From: the human T2T-CHM13v2.0 reference genome, Homo sapiens
Direction: 5' to 3' (one strand)
DNA length: 64,000 nt
Assembly (NCBI RefSeq): GCF_009914755.1
Contig: NC_060937.1
Below are positions 1 to 22,781 of this stretch, one piece after another. Numbering within the stretch: position 1 is the first letter of the stretch; each line of letters starts with the position of its first letter. The translations under genes were made by a program, and so were the position numbers. The notes beneath the pieces were generated by a model. The model saw only the letters and a list, made by a program, of their open reading frames with translations, searched no databases and had not been told where the DNA came from.

Positions 1-1858
<1,858 letters not shown>

Positions 1859-2087
1859 ACCAAGTAACTAACTAAATAAATTAGAGTTGTATTCCAAGAG
1901 CCAAAGGGGATGACCCAGTTTATTTGGAATGAAGTCTGTTGGTCAAGCTACTGATGGAAATAAGCTCAGGTACTACATTAGGGCTATTACATCTTAAGAG
2001 CTCAAAAGCCAAAGAAATAAGAGTGAAGTTGTTGAAGAATATGGTGGGGCATTTCCTATGTGACAGAGATGCCTGATAATTATCACA

Positions 2088-2250
2088 TATAACACTTATT
2101 TAGTGATTTATAGTTTACAAAGAAACTTTATATATATTATCTAGTTTAATTCCCATAACACTTGAGATGTGATATTTATTTTACAGATAAAGGTGTTGAG
2201 CCAAAGGTGTTAACTGGCTCTGACCATGGGCACACAGTGTGTCTTCTGCT
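2088..2250 (-). mobile_element. MIR-like SINE fragment
   Basis: Resembles the MIR core: ttcccataaca...ttttacagataaaggtgttgagccaaaggtgttaactgg. Confidence 0.55.
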
Positions 2251-2389
2251 GCTCTACCTACAACTTTTCACAATGAGAGCAATATTTCAGGATGCATATT
2301 TCAGGATTCTATACATTGCATTATATAAGGAGAAAGAAAAGGTAACGAGACCATTGTAGAAATCTAAGCATGAGCAAATGAGGTTCTGG

Positions 2390-2830
2390 ACAGTTAGTGG
2401 CAGTGAGAACAGAAAGGAAGGAGAACACAGAAAAATTTCAAAGGAATAATCAACAGGGATTGATAACTAACTGGATTTAGGGAGCCAAGGCAAAGAGAAT
2501 CAAAGCACAGGGCCTGAGTCGGAGAATGCTGGTGCCATTTACAGAAGCAGAGAAAGCTCATTGATAATTCAGACTGGCTAATGCATTTGAGTTGGAGTGG
2601 AAACTGTTCATGTTGTAGCTTCTGCATCTACAACTCAGTGGGTTCTCATAAACATCTGTCCAGTACATGAACAAATAATAGTTTAAGAGGAATGGGTCAT
2701 TCTTCAACCAAGAATAAAGCATTTGCTAAGAACAGAAAGCCAAGGGTCAGGCCTGGGTGAATGCCCTCAGTTGAGAGAGGCCAAAAAAAGGGGCGGGGGG
2801 CTATGCAGAGAGGGAAGGAATAGGGTTAGT
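2390..2830 (-). mobile_element. Degraded L2 fragments
   Basis: Purine-rich L2-like motifs (agtggcagtgagaacagaaagg, ggtgccatttacagaa, gcatttgagttggag). Confidence 0.5.
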
Positions 2831-3029
2831 AACAAGAGAATCTGAGACAAAGGCCTGGGTAGGAAAAGTTTATGGTTATTAGACCCATGAAGGAAGCTTT
2901 CTTATTGTTTCAGAAAAGGTATATAGTTTTAGGCATTTCTTCATTGCAGCAAAACATTGACTACCAGGTCCCTTTTGCTTTGGATAAAGAGATTCCTCCC
3001 CAGTTCATTCACTCTTGCATTATTTCTCA

Positions 3030-3203
3030 TAGGGTCATCTCACAGAACGTCTGACTTAGAATCACTTGGGACATTGCTAAGTCTGTAGATTCCTGGCCCC
3101 CATTCCAGATTTCCCAAATCATACTTTGGGGGTACAACCTAAGCATGTAAATCTTTACAAGCTCCTCAGTAGTTTTCATGCTCACTAAAATTTTAGAATC
3201 AGT
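3030..3203. mobile_element. MER5-type hAT DNA transposon relic
   Basis: ttagaatcacttggg...gattcctggcccccattccagattt...tttacaagctcctcag...aattttagaatcagta resembles MER5A/B. Confidence 0.65.
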
Positions 3204-3563
3204 ACTATATAATAAAAGATAAAATGAACAACAAGAGAATATGGCTAAAAATGACCAGATATGTAAATTAAAATCCTTAATACATTCCTGGTAACATGCT
3301 CAGCATTTGTGGAAAAGTGAAAGGCAAAGCAACACTGAACAGAAATAAATTCTGGAAAGGACCCTGAAAAAACTGTTTTGAACAAAGAGGTTAATTTATC
3401 TCTGGTTTGCATCCAAACCCAGTGACACCAAGTTGAATGGTAACCAGAAAGCGTTATGGACTCTCTATGGTGAGTGATCATTTAGGGAGGTGAACGTTGC
3501 TGCTTTGACATTCAGCCTTAAAACAAACATCAGATTTTTTTCAATTCACGTGTTTTCTCTTAC

Positions 3564-3655
3564 CTAACAATTTCTTAAGTAAGTACAGGAAAAGACAACC
3601 TTTTTCTCCATCACTATTTTGACTTTTAGATCATATCCATCGCCTGCTCCAACAC
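3564..3655 (-). pseudogene. TPTE2: TPTE2-family pseudogene exon (start of C2 domain)
   Basis: 92-nt exon ag|GT GTT GGA...TGT TAG|gtaag, translating (G)VGAGDGYDLKVKIVMEKKVVFSCTYLRNC*, versus TPTE2 GDVCDLKVQVVMEKKVVFSSTSLGNCS. The last codon is a stop. Confidence 0.9.
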
Positions 3656-3945
3656 CTAAATGAAATTTAAAAGTTAGGTTGGTTAGCACGAAGATCAAAA
3701 TATCTCACCAATTAACATCACGGATGAAAAAGAGAAAAAGTTATCCAAGCTAACAATGTATCAGTAGTTACTTACTTGGTCTTGCATGGATTTTGTCTTT
3801 GAAAGACAAGGCTTCAAGCCCAGTTCTGTCTCCTAAAGCAGATTTTATAAGACTAGAGGGTAGAAAAAAAAATACATATAGTTCAGCTTTAAAGACTTAG
3901 AATACCATCACTTTATCTTTCCAGAAAAAATATTTAGGGAAGGTG

Positions 3946-4255
3946 GGCTGGGCATGGTGGCTCACGCCACGATAATCCCAGCACTTTGGGAGGTCAAGGT
4001 GGATTGATTAATTGAGGTCAGGAGTTTGAGACCAACCTGGTCAACATGGTGAAACCCCATCTCTACTAAAAATGCAAAAATTAGCTGGGCGTGGTGGCAC
4101 GTGCCTGTAATCCCAGCTACTTAGGAGGCTGAAATAGGAGAATCGCTTGAACCCAGGAGGCGGAGGTTGCAGTGAACCAAGACCACACTACTGCACTCCA
4201 GCCTAAATGACAGAGCAAGACCCTGTCTCAAAAAAAAAAAAAAAAAAAAAAAAAA
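3946..4255 (+). mobile_element. Alu (AluS)
   Basis: Full dimer with a long poly(A) tail. Confidence 0.95.
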
Positions 4256-4699
4256 GGAAAAATTTAGAGGTGACTTGCAACCTTTTTTGCTAATATGTTG
4301 CTTTCTTCAGACTTATAATCATAATGATTCTTAATAATAAATACGGTAGTCTAAACTACTTTGGCCCTAGTTTAAGTCTAGTTCCTGATGCAATCTGTAT
4401 AAAAATATAGGATAGTTATATCCAAAAATTCCCGTGGTGTTCAGCATATATTTACGGACAAAGGCTCTTTTGCCCCTTTTTTTCAATTCAAACAACTCAC
4501 TTCCTTTAGCATTTCCTCAAAGACTTGATTTCTCAGCCAATTAATTTTTTATTGCTTTTCTCTCAATTCTACATTAATTTTAATTAAATATGCACAAAAT
4601 TAAAGGTAGATAATTAAAACAAATATTTTAATAGCTAGTGTATTAATTATTCTTGATTGCTCATCTTGTATGCTGTTTGTTTTCTTCTCGTTTAATTTT

Positions 4700-8834
<4,135 letters not shown>

Positions 8835-9408
8835 TTCTTTGAAAAAAATGAAAACAGAAACACAACATACCAAAATCTCTGAGATGCAGCAAAAGCAGTG
8901 TGTGGACAGGAAAGTTTATAGTGCTAAATGTGTACCACAATAAGCTAGTAAAATCTTGAATTAATGATATAACATCACACCTAGAGAAATTAGAAAAACA
9001 AGAACCCCAAACCTAGCAGAAGAAAAAAAATAAAATCAGAGCAAAACTGAGTAAAATTGAGACCCCTAAATCAAAACAAAGAGTCAAAGAAACAAAAAGT
9101 TGGTTCTTTGAAAAGATAAACAAAATTGATAGACTGCTAGCTAGATTAACAAAGATAAAGAAAGAAGATCCAAATAAGCATAATCAGAAATGACAAGGTG
9201 ACATTACAACCAATCTCACAGAAATACAAAATGTCCTCAGAGACTATTATGAACACCTCTGTGCACACACACTGGATAATGTAGAGGAAATTAATAAATT
9301 CTTGGAAACATAGAATCTCCCAAGATTGGATCAAAAAGAAACTGAAACCCTGACCTGACCAATACCAAGCTCCAAAATTGAGTCCATAATTTAAAAAACC
9401 TATGAACC

Positions 9409-9711
<303 letters not shown>

Positions 9712-10226
9712 TTATAAACCAAAAAAGCCCTAGATCAGATGTATTCACAGCTGAATTCTATCAAATATAAAAAAGAAGAACTGGTACCAGTTCTATTGAA
9801 ACTGTTCCAAAAAATTGAGGAGGGACTCATCCCTAATTCATTCTATGAAGCCAGCATTACCCTGAAACCAAAACCTGGCAAAGACACAATTAAAAAAATA
9901 AAAAGAAAAAGAAAACTAAAGGCTAATCTCAATGATGAAGATAGCTACAAAAATCTTGAACAAAATACTAGGAAACCAAATCCAACAGCACATTAAAAAG
10001 TTAACTCGCCATGATCCAGTAAGCTTCATTCCAAGGATACAAGATTCAGCATACGCAAATCAATAAATGTGATTCACCACACAAACAGAATTAAACAGAA
10101 ATCATATGATCATCTCAATAGATGCAAAAAAAAAAAAAGCTTTTGATAAAATTCAACATCCTTCTTGATAAAAAAAACACTCAAGAAACTAGGAATCAAA
10201 GGAACATACTTCAAAATAGAGTCATC

Positions 10227-10520
10227 GGCTGGGGGCGGTGGCTCGTCTGTAATTCCCGCACTTTGGGAGGCCAAGGCGGGCGGATCACTTGAGATCAGAA
10301 GTTCAAGACCAGCGTGGCCAACATAGTGAAACCCCATCTCTACTAAAAATACAAAAATTAGCCAGGCATGGTTGCACACGGCTGTAATCCCAGACACTCA
10401 GGAGGCTGAGGCAGCAGAATCGTTTGAACCTGGGAGGCGGAGGTTGTAGTAAGCCGAGATCATGCCACTGCACTCCAGCCTGGGTGATAGAGCGAGACTC
10501 CATCTCAAGAAGAAGAAAAC
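10227..10520 (+). mobile_element. Alu (AluS) inside L1
   Basis: Dimer; TSD aaaatagagtcatc / aaaatagagacatc. Confidence 0.93.
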
Positions 10521-12127
10521 AAAAATAGAGACATCTATGGCAAACCCACAGCCAACATCATAACAGGCAAAAGCTGGAAGCTTCTCTATGTGAACTGGAA
10601 GAAGACAAGAATGCCTAGTCCCACCACTCCTATTTAACATAGTAGTTAAAGTCTTTTGCCAGAGCAATCAGGCAAAAGAAAGAAAAAAAAGGCATCCAAA
10701 TAGGAAAAGAAAAAGTCAGACTATCTCTCTTCATCAACTGTATGATTCTATATCTACACAATCCAAAGAACTCCACCAAAAGGCACTTGGAACTGATAAA
10801 TGACTTCAGTAAAGTTTTAGGATACAAAATCAATGTACAAAAATCAGTAGCATTTCTATACACCAATAATGTCCAAGCTGACAGCCAAATCAAGAACATA
10901 ATCCCCTTTACAACAGCCACAAAAAATACAATACCTAGTTATACAGCTAACCAAGGAGGTGAAAGATCTCTACAAGGAGAACTACAAAACACTGCTGAAA
11001 GAAATCATAGATGACACAAACAAATGGAAAAACATTCCATGCTAATGGACTGGAAGAATCAATATCATTAAAATGGCCATGCTACTGAAGCAATCTATAG
11101 GATCAACATTTTTCCAGTCAAGCTACTAATATCATTTTTTTTACAGAACTAGAAAAAACTATTCCAAAATTCATGTGGAACCAAAAAAGAGCCTGAATAG
11201 CCAAAGCAATCCTAAACAAAAAGAACAAAGCTAAAAGCATCACATTACCCAACTTCAAACTATACCATAAGGCCACAGTAACCAAAATAGTGTCATACTG
11301 GGGGAAAAAAAAAAGACAAATAGACCAAAGGAACAGAAGAAGAACTCAGAAATAAAGCCAAACACAGAAATAAAGCCAAACACAGAAAGCCATCTGATCT
11401 TTGACAAAGTCAACAAAAATAAGCAATAGGGAAATGACTTCCTATTTAATAAATGGATAGTGGGCTAGCCATATGCAAAAGAATGGCTAGCTAGGATAGT
11501 GGGCTAGCCATATGCAAAAGAATGATCTGTACCTATGCCTTTCACCATATACAAAAATTAACTCAAGATAGATTAAAGACTTAATTGTAAGACCTCAAAT
11601 TATAAGAATACCAGGAGAAAACCTAGAAAACAACATTCTGGATATTGGCCTTGGAGAAGAATTTATGACTAAGTTTTCAAAAGCAATTGCAACAAAAACT
11701 GACAAGTGGAAGCTAATTAAACTATAGAGCTTCTGCACAGCAAAGAAACTATCAACAGAGTAAACAGACAACCTATAGAATGGCAGAAAATATTTGCACA
11801 CTATGCATCTGACAAAGGTTTTATATTCAGAATCTGTAAGAAACTCAAACAATTATTTAGGCAAAAACCAAAAAGCCCCATTAAAAATGGGCAAAAGATA
11901 TAAACATACACCTCTCAAAAGAAGACATATGAGTGGCCAACAAACATATGAGAACATAGAACTACCATTTGACATTGCAATCCCATTACTGGGCATACAT
12001 CCAAAGGAAAATAAATGCTACCAAAAAGACATGCACTGATATGCGCTTCTCAGCAACACTGACAATAGGAAAGACATAGAATCAACCTAGGTGCCCATCA
12101 ATGGTGGACTGGATAAATAAAATGTGA

Positions 12128-12631
<504 letters not shown>

Positions 12632-14892
12632 TCATGTATGCAGCTGGAAGTCATTATCCTAAGCAAATTAATGCAGGAACAAAAAACCAAATACCATTTG
12701 TTCTCACTCATAAGTGAAAGCTAAACAATAGGTGCTCATGGACATCAAGGTGGCAATAATGGACACTGGGGAATTCTAGAGGGGGCACAGCAGAAAAGGG
12801 CACAGGCTGAAAAACCAACTATTGGGTCCTAAGCTCAGTACCTGGGTGATGCAATCAATCATACCCCAAACCTCAGCATCACACAATATATCCAGGTAAT
12901 AAACCTGCATATGTACTTCCAAGTCTAAAATAAAAGTTAAATTATACCAAAAAAACTAAGCTCAAAAAGAAAAAGATGTCTTCTGCCCATTAAAAAAACA
13001 AGTAAATAAAGAATATGAGAATCATCCTATATCAGAAATCTATACTAATATAATTTATCATATTCATAGATTAAAGAAGACATACCTTACAATTATCTCA
13101 ATTAATGCAGGAAAAAGCATTCACTAAAATTCAGCCTACACCTGTGACTTTAAAAATTAACAAAAACTAGGAAACTTCCTTAACTCAACAAAGAAAATCT
13201 AGCAAAATACCTACCAGGAACATCATATTAATGATGTAATATTGATAGCATTTTCTTTAAAGCCTGGAATTAAACAAAAATGCCTTCGGTTCATTGCTTC
13301 CATTTAACAATATACTGCAGAGCCTAACCAGTGTAGTCAGTGTAGTAAGTAAATCTGTAGAATAACTCCTTAGTCTAATGAGAGAGTTTAGGAAGATTTC
13401 TAGATGCAGGCTCAACATAAACAAAAATTAATAGCTAAATCAAGGAGGCAAGTTGAAATCTTTACAGTAATCGCTAAAAACATAGAAAAGGAGTACATGA
13501 CTTTCAAGGTAATGACAGAAGGTGAGAAGGAAAGAATTATATTATTAAAATTCAATCAAACCAAAATGAAAGTCAGTAAGAATATAGAAGAGTTAAATAA
13601 AATAATTAACAAATAGATATACATAGAACACTGTTCTCAACAATGCATAATACATGTTCTTTACAAATGTACAGAAAAAATTTGACCAAACATCGACCAA
13701 ATTCTGGGCCAAAAAGCAAGTCTAAACAAATTTCAAAGAAGTGAAAAAAATACATATGTTCTGTGTCCACAATACAGCATAACCAGAAATCAAAAACTTA
13801 AAGATCAATACAAAATTCTCATATGTTTGGAAATAAGGAAGTATACTTGTACATAACTCATGGGTCAAAAAAAAAAACAAGCATAGTCAAAGTTGGAAAA
13901 TAGTTTGAACTAAGTAAAATGAAAACACTACAAATAAAAATTTATGGGATGAAGCTAAAGCAATTCTTAGAGGAAAATTTATAGCCTTAAATGCTAAATA
14001 GAAAAGAGAACGGCCAACACTCTAAGAATTACCCATCTCAAGAAGTCAGGAAAAGAACAAATTAACCCAAGGAGTACAGAAGAAAACACTAAATATAATA
14101 ATAATTGATGAAATAAAAAATAGAGAACACCAATAAGGCCCAAAATTTGTTACTTTTGAAAAACTAGTAAAATTGATAAATCCCTGGTGAGACTAATCAA
14201 AAGAAAAAAGGGGAGAAGGTACCAAGTAAGCAATGTAAGAAATAAAAAAGGGAACACCTCTGTAGACATCAAAATGTTTAAATGATATGGTGAACAATTT
14301 GATGTCAGGACATTTGGAAAGTTAGATTAAATGGAAAATCACTGGGAAAACTATAACCTACCAAAATGGGCAAAAGAAATAAAATTATAAAAAATTCTAT
14401 ATATGGAATTGAGTCATAATTTAAAAACTTCTCTCCAGAGAAAACTCTAGGCCAATGTGGCTTCACCGGTGAATTTCACTTTACACTTAAGAAGAAAAAA
14501 AATCAACATGCATAAATTCACCCAGAGAATAAAAAAAGAGAAAATGAAATCTAACTCATTTTACAAAGCCAAGATTTGAAAAAACTATGAGAAAGGAAAA
14601 TTATAACCAATTGCCCTGATGACATGAATTTGAAAATCCTAAATATTAACAAACAGAATCCCGCAATTTAATAATAAAATAATTTAATAATTATTTCATA
14701 AAATAATATAGTACAACTGAATTACATTTGTTCCAGAAATAAGTTGGTTTACCACTTAATCAATCAATGTAATTAACCACATTTATTTATAGGATAAAGG
14801 AGAAAAATTATCATCTCAAAGATTCAGAAAAATCTGAAAAAATTCAACACATTCATGATTGAAAAAAAAAAAACTCTTAGCAAACTAAATGA

Positions 14893-15217
14893 TTTTCTTT
14901 TTTCTTTCTTCCTTTTTTTTTTTTTTTTGTTTTGTTTTTTGAGACAGTCTCACTCTGTCATCCAGGCTGGAGAACAGCAGTGCAATCTTGGCTCACTGCG
15001 ACCTCTGCCTCCTGGGTTCAAGCGATTCTCGTGCCTCAGCTGGAGTAGTTGGGATTACAGGCATGTGTCACCACACCCGGCAAATTTTTGTATTTTTAGT
15101 AGAGACGGGGTTTCACCATGTTGCCCAGGCTGATCTTGACCTCCTAGCCTCAAGTGATCTGCACCCCTGGGCCTCCCAAAGTGCTGGGATTACAGGTCTA
15201 AGCCATGGCGCCCAGCC
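14893..15217 (-). mobile_element. Alu
   Basis: Poly(T) followed by an antisense dimer. Confidence 0.93.
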
Positions 15218-15246
15218 GAGGAATTTCTTAATCTGATAAATGGTAG

Positions 15247-15249
<3 letters not shown>

Positions 15250-15285
<36 letters not shown>
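15250..15285. repeat. (CA)n microsatellite
   Basis: Direct read. Confidence 0.95.
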
Positions 15286-15287
<2 letters not shown>

Positions 15288-15520
15288 GTAAAGCAATTGG
15301 AGAGACATGGAAAGCTTTTCCTTTGAGAATGGAACTGTACGTTGATGGTTGCTATTGCCACTTCTAATTCTACACTGTACTGAATGTTCTAGCCACTGCT
15401 AAAGGAGAGAAATGACTGAAATGGAGAAAATACAATTTGTTATTTTTATATGATATAATCATGTAACATAAAATCCAAAATAATCTATTGATAAATTCAT
15501 AGAACTAATAAGTGAGTTTA

Positions 15521-15895
<375 letters not shown>

Positions 15896-17148
15896 TTAGA
15901 TAATAAACATTTTAAAAGTATATAATTTAAATAACCACAAAATATCAAATATCTAGGAATAAATATCACCAAAAATATGCAAGCTTTCTATACAGAAAAT
16001 GAGAAAGCATTGTAAAGAGAAATTGAAGAGGACCTAACTAAATGAGAGAATACTTCTGTTCATGGGTTGGATGAGTCAATATTGTGAAGATTCAATTCTC
16101 CCCAATCTATAAATTCAACGCAATCCCAAACAAATTTCTATCAGTTGTGTGTAACTTGACTAGTTGATTCCCAAATTTATATGGAAATGTAGATGGCCTA
16201 AAATACCCTAACAACTGTGAAGAAAAAGATGATTGTGCTCACATGACTGGAAATGAGGACTTGTTAGAAAGCCACAGTAAGATAGTTGTGCTATTGGCAC
16301 ACAGATGAAAAATCAATGCACAGAATAGAAAGGTTAGAAACAGATTCATGTTCTGCAGGGTAGTAAAGAAATGAAAATATTCTCAACTAGTGTGCTGGAA
16401 TAATTGGATAGCCATATATGGAAAAAGATTAAACCTGACGCCTTCCTCACACCACACACATAAACCAATTTTAACAGGAATGAACCTTCTAGAAGAAAAT
16501 ATAGTAGTAAAATATCCTTTAAACTCAAGGAAAATTTTCTGAATCAGGACACAAAAACACAAACTTTATAAAGGGAAAGCATGATACACATGATGGTAAT
16601 ACAACTAAGAACTTCTGTTAACCAAAAGATACTCCTAAGAGAGAAAAAAGGCAAATTATAGAGCAGAAAAGCTTTCTTGAAATACATATATGGCCAATAA
16701 CAGAAATTGAAATCAGAATACATAAAGAACTCCTACAAATCAAGAGAAAAAAGACGAATAATCCAGGAGAAAAATGGGTAAGAAAATTAAAAAGTTACTT
16801 TGCAAAAAAGGATATCCAAATACTTAATAATCTTAAGAAAACATCCTCAATCTTATTAGTAATTATAGAAATGCAAATGATCACCACCATAAAATGCCAT
16901 CACACAAACACCCAATGGCTAAAAATAAAAATACTCAGAATTGCAAGTATTGGGGAAGATATAGAACGCCTGGAGTGTACAAGTGGAGTAAAAATTGGTA
17001 CAACTGTTTTAGAAAACAGGTAACATTATCAAGTAAAGTTCAAGACTCATTACCCTAAGACAGAACAATTTTAGTCCAAGGTACATACTCAACAAAAATA
17101 TGGCCACATGTGCAACAAGAAACGTGTATTTTTAAAAGCAGCATTATT

Positions 17149-17446
<298 letters not shown>

Positions 17447-18147
17447 TCAGCATTATTTATCACAGTAAAAATTGGAAACAACCCAAATGTAATAGAAAAA
17501 AAGAGATTCCATTTGCAGTCACAGTTTGTGTAGGAATGAATTTTTGAAAAGATGTGCAAACACATGATGAAGAAAAGTATAAAATATTATTAAAGAATGA
17601 ACAAGATGATTCACATGTACAACTCAATATTGCAAAGTTGTCAGTTCTCTCAAGTTAATCTATAAATTCAATGTAGTTCCAATAAAAATCCTAAATGTGT
17701 TTTATTATGGCACTTGAAAAAATGATTTTAAAATTGAATGTAATAATAAAGTTCCAAGAAGAGCAAGACAATTCTGCCTTTATCAAACTATATTATAAGG
17801 CCACAATAATTACAAAAGTGGTATAGAGAACTTAGAAACAGTTTTGAATACTTACAGAAACTTGGTATGTGACTGAGAGGGATTACAAATTAATGGAGAA
17901 CCAAATAGCATGCAATTGATGGTGTTAGCACAATTGGCTATCCATATGAAAAAAAAACTTCCCCCAACTTCCAATTAGATTAAAGACTCAAATATTAAAA
18001 ATGAAACTTGAATATTTTTGAAGAAATGTGGAATATCTTTACTAAATCAGTATAGGGGTGAATTTCTTAAACATGATAGAAAGGCATGAAATACATACAC
18101 ATACATAGATGAACACATTTTACTACATTCAAAATTACAAACTTCTC

Positions 18148-18444
18148 TCTGAGCACAATGGCTCATGCCTGTAATCCCAGCACTTTGAGAAGCTGAGGTG
18201 GGTGGATCATTTGAGTCCAGGAGTTCAAGACCAGTCTGGGCAACACAGCAAGACCCTGTCTCTACAAAAAATACAAAAATTAGCCAGGCATGGTGGTGCT
18301 TGCATGTAGTCCTACCTACGCAGAGGGCCCGAGGTGGGAGGATCACTTGAGTCCCAGAAGGTTAAAGCTGCAATGAGCTGAGATTGTGCCACTGCACTCC
18401 AGCCTGGGTGACAGAGCGAGACCATGTCTCAAAACAAAACAAAA
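18148..18444 (+). mobile_element. Alu (AluJ)
   Basis: Dimer; TSD approximately ttacaaactt. Confidence 0.9.
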
Positions 18445-18894
18445 ATTTACAAACTTTTGCACAACAAAATAAATCACAATCAAATTTAAAAGGCAACACA
18501 TTGGGAGAATATACTTATAATACTAAGAAAAATTGGCGGTGAGATTCTTTGAAGAACTCCTATAAATCAATATAAAATATTTTTACTATCATGATACTAC
18601 TGGTAACCTGCAGGCAGCAACCAACTAGAAGACAGCAAGACTAATATGAATGAACACTTAAAAAAAGAGGCTGCTCTGGTACATACCAGCTGAATATTAG
18701 CCCTCTAAACAACCTTTAAAAAAATCAACAAAATATTATGTGAACACAGAATAATGTAAACCCCCTCTCAGCAAAAAAGTAAAAAGTCAAATTTGAAATG
18801 AATGCTTTCCTTCAAGCAAGGAATGTTTTCCTTCAAGAAAGGAATTAGCATTAGCTAATAGAAAACTGCTGCGAACTGCTTGAATAATAACATT

Positions 18895-18974
18895 TTAGGT
18901 TGGACAATGTGAAATGGCCATTTTTAAAGCAAAAGATGGTTAAAAACTGGCAATTTCAAATGATTCAACCTCTA
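18895..18974. mobile_element. MADE2-like mariner MITE
   Basis: About 80 bp with terminal inverted repeats taggttggacaatgtgaaatggcca / tggcaatttcaaatgattcaacct. Confidence 0.75.
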
Positions 18975-19498
18975 TATTTTTAATTTAACTATGGTATTAT
19001 AAATTGCCAGTTTATACACAATATTCCAACCTGTAGAGCTAAACACAGAACCTGTATATTAACTAATATACAGCTAAACACAGAACGTGTATATTAAGCA
19101 ATGGGCTTGAAACTAGTCAATAAGACTTGAAATTAGTCAATAAGACTAAAACTTGATTTTACTGAATTATATAAGTCAGTTTACAGTGTTATGTTTTCCT
19201 GGAATTTGATATAAAAATTGATTTAGAGCCCACCAAAAATGTAATTCTTTATGTTTGTCAAAAATTGTGAAATATGCTTAGATGATTATTCAAAACCCAA
19301 ACCTGAATGAGAGAAAATCTAACTGAACTTAAATTGGTTGGATTTACAAATGGCTTTTTCCCCCCATTTTAACCTCACCAATGTCAACTTCTTTGTATCA
19401 TCACACTATAAAAATTCCAGTATAATTTTTGAAATAGCATCTCCGTTGGCTCCCTTAATCTAAAAGAGTCTCACAAAGTTTAAGAACAACCTTAAATA

Positions 19499-21266
<1,768 letters not shown>

Positions 21267-21626
21267 AGAGTAGCCTTAAATAAAATAAAAGTACTCTGAC
21301 ATTCTAAAATTAAAGACTATTTTGAGAGATATAAACTGGCAAAACAAGAATAAAGAAATCCAAATAGTAGAAAAACAAGGAAAAATATGCTCAACCTTCC
21401 TTAGTTCTTTTTTCCTACTTTCTTCCCTTCCTTATCCTCTCCCTATCTCCTACCCTTCCTCCTCTCCTCTTTCCTTTCTCCTTCCCTTCTTCTAGTCTTG
21501 GAGCTAATATTTTAAAATGCTAACAATTATTAATACTTATTAATAGCAATATGTATCTTGTTCTTGTACTTTATCCATATTTACATGTCTTTAGAAAGGG
21601 AGAAATAAAAAGGAAAATGTTATTAC

Positions 21627-21715
21627 CTTTGCCTCCTTTACAGTGAATCACTATGATGTTTTCAGGATCTTGAGTCATCCACTCATTTACTTCCTTGGAG
21701 AATACCACCATCTTA
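21627..21715 (-). pseudogene. TPTE2: TPTE2-family pseudogene exon carrying the phosphatase P-loop
   Basis: 89 nt, ag/gt bounded; KMVVFSKEVNEWMTQDPENIIVIHCKGGK(G), versus TPTE2 [30 protein letters not shown]. Confidence 0.95.
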
Positions 21716-21818
21716 CTGATTTCAAGTTTAATATTTTTAGTTAAATTAAAATATTTTCAGAAAACCAAGCCCAATATATTTAGCCCTCTTCTGATAGTCA
21801 ACTTAGCATAAAACTTAC

Positions 21819-21900
21819 TGTAGAGTGGGGACATAATGATCATCAATCATGATTCTACTGACCCTAATATGGAAGTGCTTAGGATCATAAGCTCTTTCAC
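21819..21900 (-). pseudogene. TPTE2: TPTE2-family pseudogene exon (DDHN-loop region)
   Basis: 82 nt; (S)[26 protein letters not shown]; gtaagt donor. Confidence 0.95.
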
Positions 21901-22720
21901 CTAAAATAAATAATATGTATGTTATATCTCTACAGGTAATAACACAGTAAATAATGAAGTTATGAATAAGTTAACATATCTTATTAGAAATTCCTTATCC
22001 ATCTTCAAAGAGAGCTTTCCAAGTTGCTCCTGCTGCTCTAAAATAAAGGTAAGGGTCTCAAAAACGTAAGGATAGTAGTGGTTTATCCATCTCATGTAAC
22101 CTAAACTCAACTTATTTTTGTTTAATAGGTATAATTTTTAACTTTCTAGCAGACTATTCATTATATTATTGCAGGGTAGTTAGAACCCACACAAGAGGCA
22201 AATGTAGCTGACCAAAATGATTGCCCCCCTGAAAATGTCTATTGAGTATACAGGTAGAGGAAAAAAATCAAGACAGACAGTGGTAAGCTGGGTTACAACC
22301 TATTTTCTACAGAGTTTTTTGCTTTTTTTCCCATCTAGGGCCCTGCTCTCATCACAACCCACTGCTGATGGATCAGAGGACTCATTTGTTAAATTATCTA
22401 TGTCCTCATAACCCAATCTGGCAGGAAAAACAGAAAGATTTTCCTAAACCTAATATCACTAGAACAGATCTTCCCTAAAATGGTTTGCCTCCACTCTAGC
22501 ATCATTGGTCCTGCCAGAGCTGCCTCCTTCATAGGGTACTTTGTGCTGCTGGGTTAACTCCTTCTACCAAATGGGGCCAGTCCAAGATGGGGTTTTAAAT
22601 TCATTCCTCACCACCACTACACACTTATGATTAAATGCAATATAAAAAACAAAATCACCTTCTTACATGCAGTAATCTGTTTTCTATCTACAGTAGCAAA
22701 ATACAGAGTAATGTACATAC

Positions 22721-22781
22721 TGCATAGATTGTAGACTTGATAGTGGTTTGGATGCTTCTTGTCTAGAAACTGCACGACTTC
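22721..22781 (-). pseudogene. TPTE2: TPTE2-family pseudogene exon
   Basis: 61 nt; EVVQFLDKKHPNHYQVYNLC(S); gtatgt donor; splices in phase to the next two exons. Confidence 0.95.

Noticed and set aside
1890-3475. Additional + strand exon-like pieces (donors near 1969, 2341 and 3469)
   Set aside because: Frames are ambiguous with several stops and no convincing phase chain; revisit only if the fossil gene is confirmed
18687-18713. 27-nt minus-strand micro-exon (tttttttaaag|...CTG|gtatgt)
   Set aside because: No match to TPTE2, too short to assess, and it overlaps a + strand candidate
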